Shown: in pieces, positions 51,271-63,245 of the stretch
How positions within the stretch are numbered: position 1 is the stretch's first letter
How the letters are laid out: every line of letters begins with the position of its first letter
From: Lama guanicoe
Taxonomy: Eukaryota
Length of the DNA: 64,000 nt
Reading direction: 5' to 3'
Assembly: GCA_013239625.1 (NCBI GenBank)
Contig: MU053994.1
Coordinates: 1,927,589-1,991,588, forward strand
Notes under the pieces: model-generated
The model's database searches: none
What the model was told of the DNA's origin: nothing
The model's input: only the letters and a program-made list of their open reading frames with translations
Program-made: the position numbers and the translations under genes

Positions 51271-52272
51271 CAGGCACGGCACCCGCCCCCCCCCCAATCC
51301 AGAGAGCCCCCTGGTGCGCTGGCCAGCTCGGGTCCCTTCAACTCACTCCCTTTCTCTAGACCAGAACGTGATCACCAAAAGCGGGGTGGGCAGAGCCGGA
51401 GCGCCCACTCCCCCATCCTGAAGGTTGCAGTCCACGGCGGTTGCAGCTTGCTCTGAAACGCTGCTGAACGTGAGATGGAAGGGAAGGGGTGCAGAGCTGT
51501 GCAGAATGCATGCCAGATTTTGCTAAATGCCGAACAGCTGAACAAGTCCCCAGGGCTGAGGAAAGAGCGTTCTCCTTCCCTGCGAGCCACTCACTGGCTC
51601 TCGGTGTCTCTCATCAAAGGCTGGTGGTTGGAGGAGGGGGTAGCGGGCTGCAAGTCAGAGCACTCAGCTGGGGTGCCCTGTCACCGTGTGTTGTCCAGGG
51701 GAAAGGGGGGCAGCGGGAGTCACTGCCGCTCGGCTGTGTTCACACTGCTCAATGAGAGCACCATAAAACCGGCGTCTGGAGTTTCTAGTCCATCTTTCCT
51801 CCAAAAGGTTTAAAGGGAAAACCCAACTCCTGGGGTCTGTTGAACTCTGCAGGGTTCTCCTGGCTCCTTCTCTGTCAACCTGCAAATATTTAATGAGCCT
51901 CAACTGCATGCGAGTGATGGAGTTGGAGCTAAGAAGGCTAAAGAGGAAAGAAAGAAACTAGGCGGCCTCAAGACGCAGAGGATGGAGAGGTGATTTTAGA
52001 TCTTTCAATTCAATGTTTTCTGGCACAAGAATGCCAGTCATCACCCATCATTTCCCATCGTTCCGGAGCACCTGCTCTGTGCTCCAAGCTTCACGGACCC
52101 TGGCTCACTCAGTCCTCCCAAGGACCAGGAGGTCGGTGTAACCACTGCCCACTTGACAGATAAGGAAACTGAGACTCCACTCTGGCAACCTGCTCAAAGG
52201 CACACAGTGGATGAGGCTCCGAGTTTGAACCGAATTCTATTCTTTCTGAAGCTGAGGCCAGACCCTAGAGGT

Positions 52273-52450
52273 CAGTGGTCCTCACCCAGGGCACACACTA
52301 GAGTGCCTGGAGAGCTCTCAGAAACCCCCCTGCCCAGGCCACACTCCAGACCAAATGAGTCTGAATTTCGGGATCTGGGATGCAGGCATTAGTACTTTTT
52401 AAAGCTCCCTAGGTGATTCCAATAAGCAGGCAAGTTTGATAGCCTGTGCT
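52273..52450. mobile_element. MER5A/B-like (hAT-Charlie)
   Basis: CAGTGGTCCTCA...TTTTTAAAGCTCCCTAGGTGATTCCAAT...AAGTTTGA. Confidence 0.75.
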
Positions 52451-53278
52451 CTGTCCCACTGTGGCAATCTTTCTTTCTCTTTCTTTCCTTCCCTCTTTCC
52501 AACAAACATGCACTGAGTGCCTAGTGGGCACTAGATGCTCAATAAATGAGCTTCCTTCCCTCGAAAGCAGTGTGTATATGACCCACAGACAATCACCTAG
52601 AGTGGTGAGGGATGACCTTCCAGGAGGGGGCTCACAAGAGTGGCCAGAATGGAGACAGAAATTGGGCTGCGGGCTCGGGAGCCCAAAGGCCCCTGATCGG
52701 CAATTGTCTGGTTCTGCTCAGAGACTCCAGAAAGGAGGCAGGGCTGGGGTGGGGGGTGGATTTGGTGTTGACCCCTCCAGGCCTGGAAATTTTGTTCCTA
52801 AAGTAGCTTCCATCTCTCCGGGAGGATAAAGAGGCGCACCAGTGAAGGCCTAAGCTCAGCCTCAGGGCCTGCAGGGTCTCCCTAGGCAAGGAGGGGAGCT
52901 TTGGGGCTACTCCCACTGCACCTGTCAAGCCGCTGGCGTGAGCTCTGCCAGGCCAAAGGGACCCCTTCTCCACTGACAGAAACAGAGGAGGAGGAGTATC
53001 TTGCTTCGTGTCGTATAACCATCTGTCCCGGAAGCCAGGGAACAGCACTGCACATCAACCGTTTTCCAACTAAAAGTTGCTCTGATGGGCATGCTTCTCA
53101 CGGTCTGCATTCAAAGGCATGCCAGGCTTCCTATGTCAAGTGAGATAAAGTGAATTTTCTTGGGCAGCCAGCAGAAATGTTTTCATCTTTAAGACATAAC
53201 GTGTAGGGAAAACACTAACCCCCTCACTTAACCAGCATCAGGGAACAATGAGTTATTTTCAAGGAATAAACCTGCATA

Positions 53279-53415
53279 GGGGGAGGATATAGCTCGGTGG
53301 TAGAGCGTGTGTTTCACATACACGAGGTCCTGGGTTCAATCCCCAGTATTTCTGTTTAAATAAATAAATAAACCTAATTATCTCCCCCCAACCCCCCAAA
53401 AAAGAAGAAAGAAAT
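53279..53415 (+). mobile_element. tRNA-Ala-derived SINE (vic-1-like)
   Basis: GGGGGGAGGATATAGCTCGGTGGTAGAGCG...GGTCCTGGGTTCAATCCCCAGTA; tail TAAACCTAATTA. Confidence 0.9.
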
Positions 53416-54801
53416 AAGAAATGAATTTGCAGGCTAAGTAAAGATCCCCTTCTGGAAACTTGAAAATGTCAAAAACAAAGTGCCTGTTTTGAAATAAACA
53501 AGGTCTAAATGGCGTCACACATTTGCCTGTTTCCTTTGATGACGTGGACACAGTTGAAGTGGTCTCGGCGGCCCACTCACTGGGAACGTGGACAACTGTG
53601 TCACAGTCAAAGACAAAGCCGCCTTCTGTGTCCACTTGCCCTGTCACTAGATGGCCCCTCCCTGTTATCCTCAGTGACCTCTTCTTTCTGGTTTCTTCTC
53701 TTCTCTTCTTTTGCTCAGATGTACACAATAACCCCTTCCTATAGCTTCCAGGATCCCAGAGGCCTGGTGGTCTATGTTCCGCACCAGAACTCAGTACCTC
53801 GCCCTCCAACCTGTCCCTGCTTCTCTTGTGTTCCTGACCCTGGTCAGCAGCGCCCATGTTCGCCCAACCATCAAAATCAAAACAAAAACAAAAACGGATG
53901 CAGGAGCTGGAAGGGATCTCAGAGGCATCTCATTTGTTAGAACAGCTTGTGAAGTAAGAGTAAAGAGGCTCTGATGAAAAAGGATCCCAACATGGCTGTG
54001 GTGAACAGTCAGGGGACTTTTGAGCAGGGAACTCTTCACATATTTTGGCTCTTCTGGATTATTCCAGATATTTGAGGTTGCTAAGGCGAGTAACTTCTGG
54101 CTAAGCGAGGTGTCAGGGTTCATGGTTTCTTGTTTGTTTCCTTTGGTTTAAGGCATCAATTTTGTATTATTCCGGAAACAGGCTACAATTCACGGATTTG
54201 ATGGGCGGTTTTGATTTCTCTCCTCTTGTCAATTTCCCCATTACACCATCCCCCAAAGGGCCAAGCCAAGACTCCCAAACTGGAGAGGGCAGCTGCCGGG
54301 CTAGGACCAGTGTGAAGTGAGGGCTAGGCCTCCTCCTTCCTTTTCTCCCTTTCCCTTCCTTTTTCCCACCACCCACAGCCCCACCTGCCTCATGCACCGG
54401 CCAAAAGCCAAGGCAGGAGGCAGCACAGCCCCAGAATAAGAGCAAATAAGGCTCTTAAAGTTCCGGAGGGGAGTCACACAGGGGGCAGGGCCAGACACCC
54501 TGGCCGACCACCCCATTCTAGAGCTGTCTCAGAAACAGGATTTGGTCGGTGCCCTGAAACACACCAGGGGCGCCCAGGCCTGACTCACGGTTGTCACGCT
54601 TCAAAGATCGAGGCATAAGTTGGATGCCAACTCAGCCATTGGCCACAGGGCCTATTCGTTTCCCTGGGTCAGGAAAACCCACGCCCACCTCCCAACCATC
54701 CTCTTTGAGGTTCCTGGGAAACCGAGTCAGCGTGTTGCAGGCGTGTCATGGAAGGGAGAGCCAGAAGTCACAGTCAGTTTCTCTGCCTGGGCGGCACTGC
54801 C

Positions 54802-54874
54802 CAGCATTTCGTGGTTCCAGGATCCTGCACTGGTTCATGTTCTTTTCATCTCTGTTCAGCTGTTGACCTGAAGG
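54802..54874 (+). repeat. Direct duplication, copy A (pairs with 56522-56594)
   Basis: Hand alignment 61/73 identical, ungapped. Confidence 0.85.
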
Positions 54875-56521
54875 CACCAGGTAAATCCTGCTGATTGATG
54901 GTTGCTTTCAACCTCTTAACTCCACGTTGACCACTCCCTGCCTTTGACATAATCTACCAGACTGGTCCCAAGATGACAGGTTAGGTGAGAGCTTTCCTTG
55001 ACATCCCAACGTGGTAAGCCTATGTTATGAGTGGGCCAGGCTGTCCCAGCTGCCCCCAGGCCCACCCCTAGATGAGTGCAAAGAGGAAAGGGTTTGGGAG
55101 AGGGAGGAGGTTTAACTGACCAGCAGAGGGGTTCTCATTTTCCCAAGCTGTGCAGCTCTGCGTTTCCTCACAGAAGGCCCCTAGAAACCGACTCCAAGTG
55201 CCACTTGTGAAATAAGTCCCTCAGCCTTCCCCACTGGCTTTCAGGGGCCCCGTAGCTGGTCATCAAACTGATTTAAGAGTCTGGATTCTCAGAGAAAGCC
55301 TGCAACGTGATGGGAGCAGACATGGGGTGGGGTTCCCCATGAGGCTGACACCCACTCGGCTTCTCCCGAGCCCCGGATCTGCCCCGACCGCTCCGGCCGC
55401 CGCCATCCCAGGCACCGCCCATCCTGCCCCGTCACTCACCGGGGGAGCCCTCCTTGACCTCGTGGGAGCCGCCTGAGAGACCAGCCTGGCAGAACAGCTC
55501 TCCCACAGCCTCCTCGCCGACCTCCCGGGCAGCTTTTCCGAGCTGTCTCTTTGGCTAACACAGGAGCTTTGCAATAAGACAGGGAGAGAAAGACATGAGG
55601 CGCGGGGGTGGGGGCCCTTTCTCCGAGCTTATTAAAAATCTTTTGTGTGCCACAGAATAAGTCCAGTCTTGTCCGTCCTGCTGCCCCAGCACTTAACTTT
55701 TTCAGGCCTGATGAGCATAAACGCTTCAGTTAGTCCATGAAACCAAAGACCCTCCTGGCCTTGGACTGCGGCTGGATCGCCTTTATGCGGGCATCGTAAT
55801 TAGGCAGCCGGCCGACCCCGGTGGCCAGAGGTGCCCGCTCCGGCTCTCCACAGCCCTGTCGTGTCTCTGAGGACCCACACGCTGGGCCAGGCTGCAAGAA
55901 CCGTCTGGAAGGAAAGCCCGTTGTCAAACAAATCATCGTTCTGGGAACACAAAGCCGCAGGGACCCTCGGGGTGCTGCTGACACTCGGGCCGGCAGCATC
56001 AGAGAGCCGCGTCTCCTGTGTGGTGCTGGAGCCCCAAGTTCGGAGACAGAAAGCTGGCTCGGGGCCAAGAGCAGCGGCAGCGGACACCTTATCTAAATAA
56101 AGGGAGAGAGCGCGGCGCGCAATGTTATCACAGTCGCACAACAGGCTCCGAGAGGGGAAGGGGTGGGTGGACGCTGCGTGGGTGGTTTCGTGTTGCACGA
56201 TTTTTTTTTTCTTTTCTTTTGTGGCTGTTGTTTTCTTTTTTATCTACTCAGTTTTGTAGTATTCAACAGCCGGGCGCTTGGCAAAACCTGGCAGCGATAC
56301 CCACACGGCCCTTTCCAGTCCAAAAGGCTCCTGTCAACTTTTACAACCCTGCGCTAAAACTCCAGGCACGTCTCTTATTGCCAGCACCGGGTTATTTATT
56401 TGCCCTGCCTGTCTGGCCTCACATTTTTTCACGTGTGTGTTACCCCCGCAGTTGCTACAACTTCCCTCCGGCCCTTAAAATGCCAGTAACCGCCCAGTCC
56501 CATTGAGAGCTGGGAGGTGTT

Positions 56522-56594
56522 CAGCCTTTCATGGTTTCAGCGTCCTGTACTGGTTCATGTCATTTTCATCTCCGCTCAGCTTTTGACCCGAAGG
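56522..56594 (+). repeat. Direct duplication, copy B
   Basis: See 54802-54874. Confidence 0.85.
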
Positions 56595-56868
56595 AAGAGG
56601 AAGACTCCTCCATTGTCAAAATGGCTCTCTTTCACTGGAAACCATTGTTACTAATAATAACCTCACCAGGCACGCCGTCAAAGGGCCCGCCGGCCATCCC
56701 CTACCCGCGGGGGTTGGGCACACAGGCAATTCCAAGGGGACACGGCTGGCCCGGGTCGGTGGGTGAGGGCCCCAGCCTCAGCCACTCCGGCAGCCCCATC
56801 CGTATTCTGGACCCCTGCTCCTGTTCTGGAACTGGGCCTTTCATTCTTTTTTAATCCTTTACACAAAC

Positions 56869-56876
56869 AGAGAGAG

Positions 56877-56926
<50 letters not shown>

Positions 56927-56949
56927 TGCGCGCGCGCGCACACGTGTGT
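56869..56949. repeat. Compound (GA)n(GT)n(GA)n(GC)n microsatellite
   Basis: Directly visible. Confidence 0.95.
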
Positions 56950-58084
56950 CTGTCGCTTTGAAATCATCCAAAAAATAATAAAAAGGGTTTTCGTGGTTGA
57001 GCCTGACCCGGTGCAATGCAGAATATATTATTTCTTTCAGAGCATGGATAGCGGATCTGCACGTGAAACACAGATCAAACACGGCCCCCAGAAACAATGG
57101 TAGGAAGCATAACCAGAGTGAATCGATTCCTTGATCCTGCTGTACCAAAAAATTAAAGAGGAGCACTCCTGGGGTTTCTAACCCAGATACGACTTCAGCC
57201 ACAGCTGTGTTTTCCATGTTCTGAGATCTCTTGCTCTGCCTCCCTTTTTCTGTGTATGAAATGTGGATTAGAGTAAGCAGTGTCAAGTTCTGGCTTTAAA
57301 AAAAAATTAAATAGCTCTACCCCTTCACCCTCAACACACACGCACGTGCACGCACACAAACACACACACACACACAATGGCTTGTTTCACCTTTTCCCCA
57401 CAACTCAACGCAAAACTGGACAGACTCTGCCACTTCCCCCCATCAAGACAACAAGAAAGAGAGGGCAGAAAAGTCCCTGGCAGGCATCGGGGAAAATCCT
57501 TAAAGCAGCGAGGATTCTATTCCCCAGCCTGCGGCCCCGTCCTCTCTCTCCATCCCCAAGTGATGGCCCCTTCGCTCTCAGAGATCTGTTTAAATATGTA
57601 GGTGGTCTTGCTCAAGTTGGCTGGTTTTTATGTCGGCATTGACCCCGGGCTGACCCCATCCCCAAAGATCCTGGATTGCCCAGCTTGGCTGAGTGCTGGA
57701 GGGTGGAGCTCGCAGCCCGCCCCCAGCCTTCTGATGGGCCACCAAGGCCACCCTGGCGGGCTGGTCAGCTGCAGCCAGCGTCCTCTTCTGACCTCTGCTC
57801 TAATCCTGAGGACGCCCTTTATTTAGACACCACAGCCCAGCCTGATCCTCAAGTCCCAGATTTGTTCACTGGAGACAAGCCAGCAATGGCCAAGGGCTGG
57901 CTCCAGAGAGCTCTTCAAAAGAGACCTCAGGAGGGCAGGCCCGGCTCAGGCAGGCTCTGGCTGAGATGCACCAGAGGTCACAGGTTTGAGTCTCCGAGGC
58001 CTGAGTTCAAATTCCAACTCTCTCACTGGCCATGACCTTGGGCTGCTGTGTAATCTCTCTTCTCCTGTGTCTGCATTTGTTAAA

Positions 58085-58364
58085 TGGAAGAGGGGAAGAT
58101 CACGAAAGGATGGAGAAGAGAGAGATTGAGTGAAGCAGCCGCAGGCCAAGGAAGGCCGGCAGCCACCAGAAGCTGGAGGAGGCAAGGGCCCAATTCTTTT
58201 CTGAATTCTCCAGAGGGAACGCATCCCTGCTGGCACCGTGATGTCTGCCCAGTGAAACCGATTTCAGACTTCTGGCCTCCAGGACTGTGAGAGAATAAAC
58301 TTCTGTTGTTCTAAGCCACTGACTTTGCAGTCATTTGTTACAACAGCAATGCTAGACTAATACC
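58085..58364 (+). mobile_element. MLT1C/D-like LTR 3' half, following a MIR fragment (about 57980-58085)
   Basis: CAGCCACCAGAAGCTGGAGGAGGCAAGG...CAGACTTCTGGCCTCCAGGACTGTGAGAGAATAAAC...GACTAATAC. Confidence 0.85.
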
Positions 58365-58959
58365 AGCTTCCATGAGATGGGCTGTGACCTGGCTGTCTGA
58401 TCTGAACGGGCCTCACAAAGAGCTGGTAAAGTGGTGGACGAGGCAGGCACTATCCGTTTACTGATTAGGGATTGAAGGTGCCTAGAAAATTAAAGCTCTT
58501 GCTCAAGGTCACATGCTGTTTGGTGGCAGGGCCATGACTAGAACAGTCATCAGATTCTGGACAGGAGGCGGGCTCAGCCCCCAGTGGGAGCTGGGCAAGG
58601 CCTTGGAGGACCTGGAAAACGCAGAAACCACTGTTCCAGCCCCTTCCTGGCCGTGGTGTTTGTATTTGGACAAATGCTGCGGTGAAGGGCGTGCTGCGGG
58701 GTGGAGGTCCCACGTGAGTTGCAGCTCTCCTCCCAGAGGAGAGGGAGTCCAGGGACGTGAATTCTTCCTCCATGACTCACCTCCAAACCCTGTCAGGTCT
58801 CCAGGGCCTCAGATTCCTCCACAGTGACACGGAAATCCTAACACGGCTGCCCCCTCTTCAAGGAGCCATGGGATCAGAGAAGGTGCACCTGTACAGGAAT
58901 GCCCGACAGACATGAGTGGGTTACCGGGCCCCTCTCTCCCCACCAGGACTCCTCGGGAA

Positions 58960-59325
58960 CGGAAGGGCCACAGGGAAGCTTGCCAGGGACACCACGCAGA
59001 AGACCCGCCGGGAAGCCCTGCTCAGTCACTTACCCACGGCGGGGGCCCCCGGCCACAACCCCTGGCGCGGCCCAGAGGATCTTCCTCTTTCTCGCTCCCT
59101 CACTGTCTTATTCCCTCATGCTCTCTGCTGCCATGGACGCCCCCGAGCTCCCCCTCAGGATCTGGCTGAAGCCAGACTTCCCCTAGAACGCCATCCTGCC
59201 TCCTCCTCCGCCTCCTCTGCTTCCCTCACTCCCTCCCTGGTTTCTCCCGAGAGCGCGCTCGCCATAAATCACACGCACGTGATTCCCCATCTCAGGCTCT
59301 GCCGCTAGGAAATTTTTATCTCAGA
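58960..59325 (+). mobile_element. LTR33/LTR16-like LTR
   Basis: CATAAATCACACGCACGTGATTCCCCATCTCAGGCTCTGC resembles the 3' end. Confidence 0.5.
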
Positions 59326-59334
59326 TACCACATT

Positions 59335-59860
59335 AGGTTCTAGGGGAGCAAAACCAGTGAAGACCTGCCCCTGCCCTCCAGGAGCTTCTGACCTCGTGGG
59401 AGAAACAGCATGATGACAAATCCGGGACGAGCTCCAGGGTCCTAGGTGCTATGATGGCGGTCTGCTCAGCCCACCAAGGAACAGGTGATCCGTTGCATGT
59501 GTGGAGGGGTGATCAGGGAAGGCTTCATAGAGGAGGGGGCCCAGGTTAATAAGGAAGCAGGGGAGGGAAAGGAAGTGAAAAGAGAGCAGGAGAGAAAAGA
59601 TAGGGCCACAGTCCAGCCCATCTGTGACCTGCCAGCTGCTGTGTGGGGCTGGAACACGGGGTGACTAGTGTGGGCCACACTGAATGAGACTGGAGGAGTC
59701 GCAGGGCCTCATACAGCTGGCCTCCGGGGGCTCAGCCAAGGAGCTCCAACTGTCTCCTGTGGGAAGTAGGGAGCCATTGAAGGTTTTAGAGAGATCCAGT
59801 TTTGTTTCTGAAAGCTCACCTTGGCTGCAGAGTGGAAAGAAAGATTTGAGCAAGGCAGCT
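59335..59860 (-). mobile_element. L2 fragment
   Basis: CCTGCCCTCCAGGAGCTT, GATCAGGGAAGGCTTCATAGAGGAGG, GGGAGCCATTGAAGGTTTT. Confidence 0.75.
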
Positions 59861-61089
59861 GGAAGCAGGGGTTCGGACAAGATGACCTCTCAGGTTCCTT
59901 TCAAACTGGAAGTTCTAGAAGTCGCCAGGGAAGATAGGAAGAGCTGTGGGACATGGAGAAGAAAGAACGGCAAGAGCTGGCCAGTAGCCAGCTCCCCTCG
60001 ACGACAGCTCTCAGGAGAGAAGGGCAAACAGCAGGAGGAAGCAGCAGGCAGAGGGCCTGTCCAAGTGCTGGGCTGGACCACACACTCCAGCCCTGACCCA
60101 GAGCCCATCAGGTGGCCAGGCCCTGAAGTGGCCCGGGGCTGGCATGCAGGGCAGGAAGACAGACGGGGACAACAGGGTGATGATGGACTAGGAAGATGCC
60201 TTGTGAAGCCCTGGGATGGAGCCAGGTGGGCGCCGGACCCCTTTTTTCTCTGAGAGTCCTTCTCCGCCCCTGCCCACAGCGCCCAGCATCTTTCCCCTCC
60301 CCCGGTGGAGCAGCTGTTGGGGGGGGGGCTGTTCTGGCCACCGCCAGTGTCCTGAGAGGACCAGGCAAGGCTCAGACCTCCCCTGCCCCTCGGAGGGAGG
60401 CTCATCTTGTGGCCTTTCTGCAAGTCTGGTGACGAGCAGAGCCAGAGAACAGACAGCAAATGGGCCGGGATGGAGGGGAGGGGGCCGCTTGCTCGTTAGA
60501 ATGCAAAGCACTTCCTTCCGCAAGCCTCTCTCCAGTGCCCTGGCCGCTCTTGCCAAGAGCTGTGTGTAGAGCGGCGGGGAGCAGGGCAGGACAAGGCGCC
60601 CAGAACCAGGAGTCCCAGGAAGACAAGGAGATGCTTGTCGGGGTTCTGGGAACCAGCGGAGGCAGCAGGGCTCAGGACAGGCCCAGGCTGCCTGCAAAGG
60701 CGAGGTGGGGAGCCCTGGCTCCCAGGGAGGGGCACTGGGAGTAGGGGAGCAGCACCTCGCCCCTTGGCATCCCACCCACTGTCCTTTCTGCCTGACTCCC
60801 TCTTCCCTGTCTTTCTAAGACCCCCCGGGGCAGAAGGAGCCAGCTTTCATTCCTTTCCCTGTCATTCTGCAAACAGAGAAATCCTTCTAACCTTCTAAAG
60901 AGAGGTGGGACAGGAGTAGGGTCTCTACCATGCAGCTGTAAGTTAGTCTCACCCCTGCCCTCCAGGAGTTCCAGTCTAATGGGGGGGCGGGGAGACAGAT
61001 ACAGTCACGACCACCCACGGTGCAGTAAGCTGTGGCGGGGTCGGCGAGGGGGGGGGAGCACCACCCTAAGGCTCTAAGCGGCTGCCCCG

Positions 61090-61260
61090 CATTAACACAT
61101 TTTGTCCTCGCCAGCGCCCTGAGGCAGGTGCTAAGGCTCGCCCCATTTTACAGATGAAGCAGTTGAGGCCTGGAGATGTTAAGCCACTTGCCCAAGGTCA
61201 CACAGGAAGAGTGGGATTTGTCCCAGGTGGCCTCGCTCCCCAAGTCTGTGCCCTCAACCA
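61090..61260 (-). mobile_element. MIR SINE
   Basis: CCCCATTTTACAGATGAAG...ACTTGCCCAAGGTCACACAG. Confidence 0.85.
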
Positions 61261-62087
61261 CCAACCCAGACAAAGGAAAAATGGCATCTCTTGTCTTCAT
61301 GACAGCATTGGTGGGAGGTGGCAAGCAGAGGGTCTTGAGTCAGGTAGACCCCTGTGTCACTCTAAGTGGCCTTAGGTGAGCCCCTTGCCCTCTCTAAACC
61401 TCAGTTTCCTCACCAGTCAAATGGGGACAGCAACAGTACAGCACCTTCCTGGGGGGCTGCCGGGAGGAGGAGAAAAGGAGGGGATGGAGCTCTGAGGACC
61501 AGGACCACCAGTAGACAGCTGGATCTGCATGCGCCTCCAAGAGTTTTCAGGTAAATTCATTCTACTTGACCTTGACAGAGGAGGAGCCAGGTGGGGACTG
61601 TGGGGGCCAGGCGCCAGGGCCCGTGGAGGGATGAGGGCTTCAGGAATGGCTTGTAAAGGGAGGCAGGACTGGCTTCTTTCCTGAGAGATAGCCGGGTCCC
61701 CAGAGCGGCTCCCCCCTGCCACCTACCCTGGCTTCATCTCACCCCACGGACTCCAGAGCCATCACACAAGGGCACTGACCACCCCCTTCATAGGGGGAGG
61801 CCAAGACTCAGCAGCCCCAGCGTTTAAGGACCAGGAGCCCCCTATTCAGCCGCCATTCAGATGACAGACCTGAATCTGAGGGCGAAGGCGAGGGAGGACA
61901 GGATCCGCAGGAGTAGGGGAGGGGAGCGGGGGAGGGGGAGCACCTGCTACAGAGCTACAGAGCCTGCCTAGGATTAGCTCCCCGCCCCCCTCCATGCAGG
62001 AAAGCCCCCCTCAGGCCGCCACCCCCTGCATGGGGATTTGCAGACGGCTCCCCGATGCGATCGAGGACCCTCCCTGGCTGCCACCCA

Positions 62088-62197
62088 CCTCTGTGACCTC
62101 ACAGCTCCGTGCCCTTGAAGGTCTGTGCCCTCACAGCTCCATGACCTTGCAGTTCTGTGACCTTGAAGCTCTGTGACCTTGCACCACTGTGACTTAA
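62088..62197. repeat. 16-bp minisatellite, about 7 units, consensus GCTCTGTGACCTTGCA
   Basis: Units start at 62088, 62104, 62120, 62136, 62152, 62168, 62184. Confidence 0.9.
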
Positions 62198-62449
62198 CGC
62201 TGGCTGTTCCTTTGCTGAGAACATTCCCCACCCCATTTGTCTGCCTGCAAACATCCTTCTCCAGCCCCATCTTCTGCACAGCACCGTGTCTGATGAAACC
62301 TCCCCGTCGCACGCACACACAGATGCAGACATACAAGTGGGCTGAAGTTCATCTCCCTTTCCTAACGCCCAGGTTGTGGCGTGTATGCACCTTAGTTGAA
62401 GGCAGTACCTCACGGTATTACATGTTTTCCTTTGACCTGTCTGTCCCCC

Positions 62450-62976
62450 AGTCCCAGTTCTCTATTGCTTCATAACCAATTACCCACAACTTAGTAGTTC
62501 AAAACAGCGGCATTCATTTTGCTCGCCAATCTGCAATTTCAGCAGGTGCGGTGGGGACGGCTCATCTCTGCTCCACTCAGCGCCAGCTGGGGCAGATGGA
62601 AGGCTCGCGCTGGCTCGTCTGAAGGCCCCTCTCATGTCTGGGGATTCACACTGGCTACTGGCTGGGATGTCGGCTAGGGCAGAAGCCATAGCCCCGACAC
62701 GTGGCTGCTACGGGCCGCCCCTGGGCTCCCTCCCAGCATGGCAGCCGGTTCCAAGAGGGAATACCCCAAGACCAGGCAGAAGCTCTAATCCCCTTTAATG
62801 GCCTCACCTCAGATGCCACACAGCATCACTTCTGACATAATCACGGGCCCTCTGATTCCCAGGGAGGGAATGCAGAGCCCACATTTCAGTGGAGGAGTGT
62901 CCGTGGCCCGCTGGAAGACAAGCACGTGGGACGGCATGCTTGGTGCGGCTACCTTTAGGAAGAACCGTCTGCCATA
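62450..62976 (-). mobile_element. MLT1F/G-like LTR
   Basis: TATTGCTTCATAACCAATTACCCACAACTTAGT; CACACAGCATCACTTCTG; end TCTGCCATA. Confidence 0.8.
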
Positions 62977-63109
62977 ATCCCCGACTGGACGGTAGCATTC
63001 AATGGTGCTAGAAAACAATGCTTGCAGAAAGAGGGGAAGGACTGAGGGAGGGAGGGGGAAGAGAGAGAGGGAAGGATTTTATAACAGAAGGGCAAAGACT
63101 CTTTAAAGC

Positions 63110-63245
63110 TGGAAGCTACTGAGGAGATCACCTAGGCTATCTCTCCCATTTTACAGATTAGACAACTGAGGTTCAGAGGGGTACACACCCTGCCCAAGGG
63201 CACAGAGCCAGTTCAGTAAGATCTAGTCTCTGAATCCCTCTCCTC
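63110..63245 (-). mobile_element. MIR fragment
   Basis: CCCATTTTACAGAT...AACTGAGGTTCAGAG...TGCCCAAGGGCACAGAGC. Confidence 0.75.

Larger units (their letters stand above)
55600..57130. promoter_or_regulatory. Repeat-poor, CpG-retaining block; candidate CNE cluster
   Basis: About 1.5 kb with no recognisable TE; TAATTA, CACGTG and GATA-type motifs; many CpGs. Confidence 0.4.

Noticed and set aside
54860..54880. Possible 21-nt microexon (pyrimidine tract-CAG ... CAG|GTAAAT)
   Set aside because: Only one frame is open, the duplicate copy lacks the donor, and no partner exons were found; such matches are common by chance.
55119..55134. CTCF-like CCAGCAGAGGGG
   Set aside because: Lacks the conserved GGC end of the core; too weak to call.
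62088..62197. CRISPR-like array
   Set aside because: Contiguous tandem units with no unique spacers, in mammalian DNA with no cas genes.
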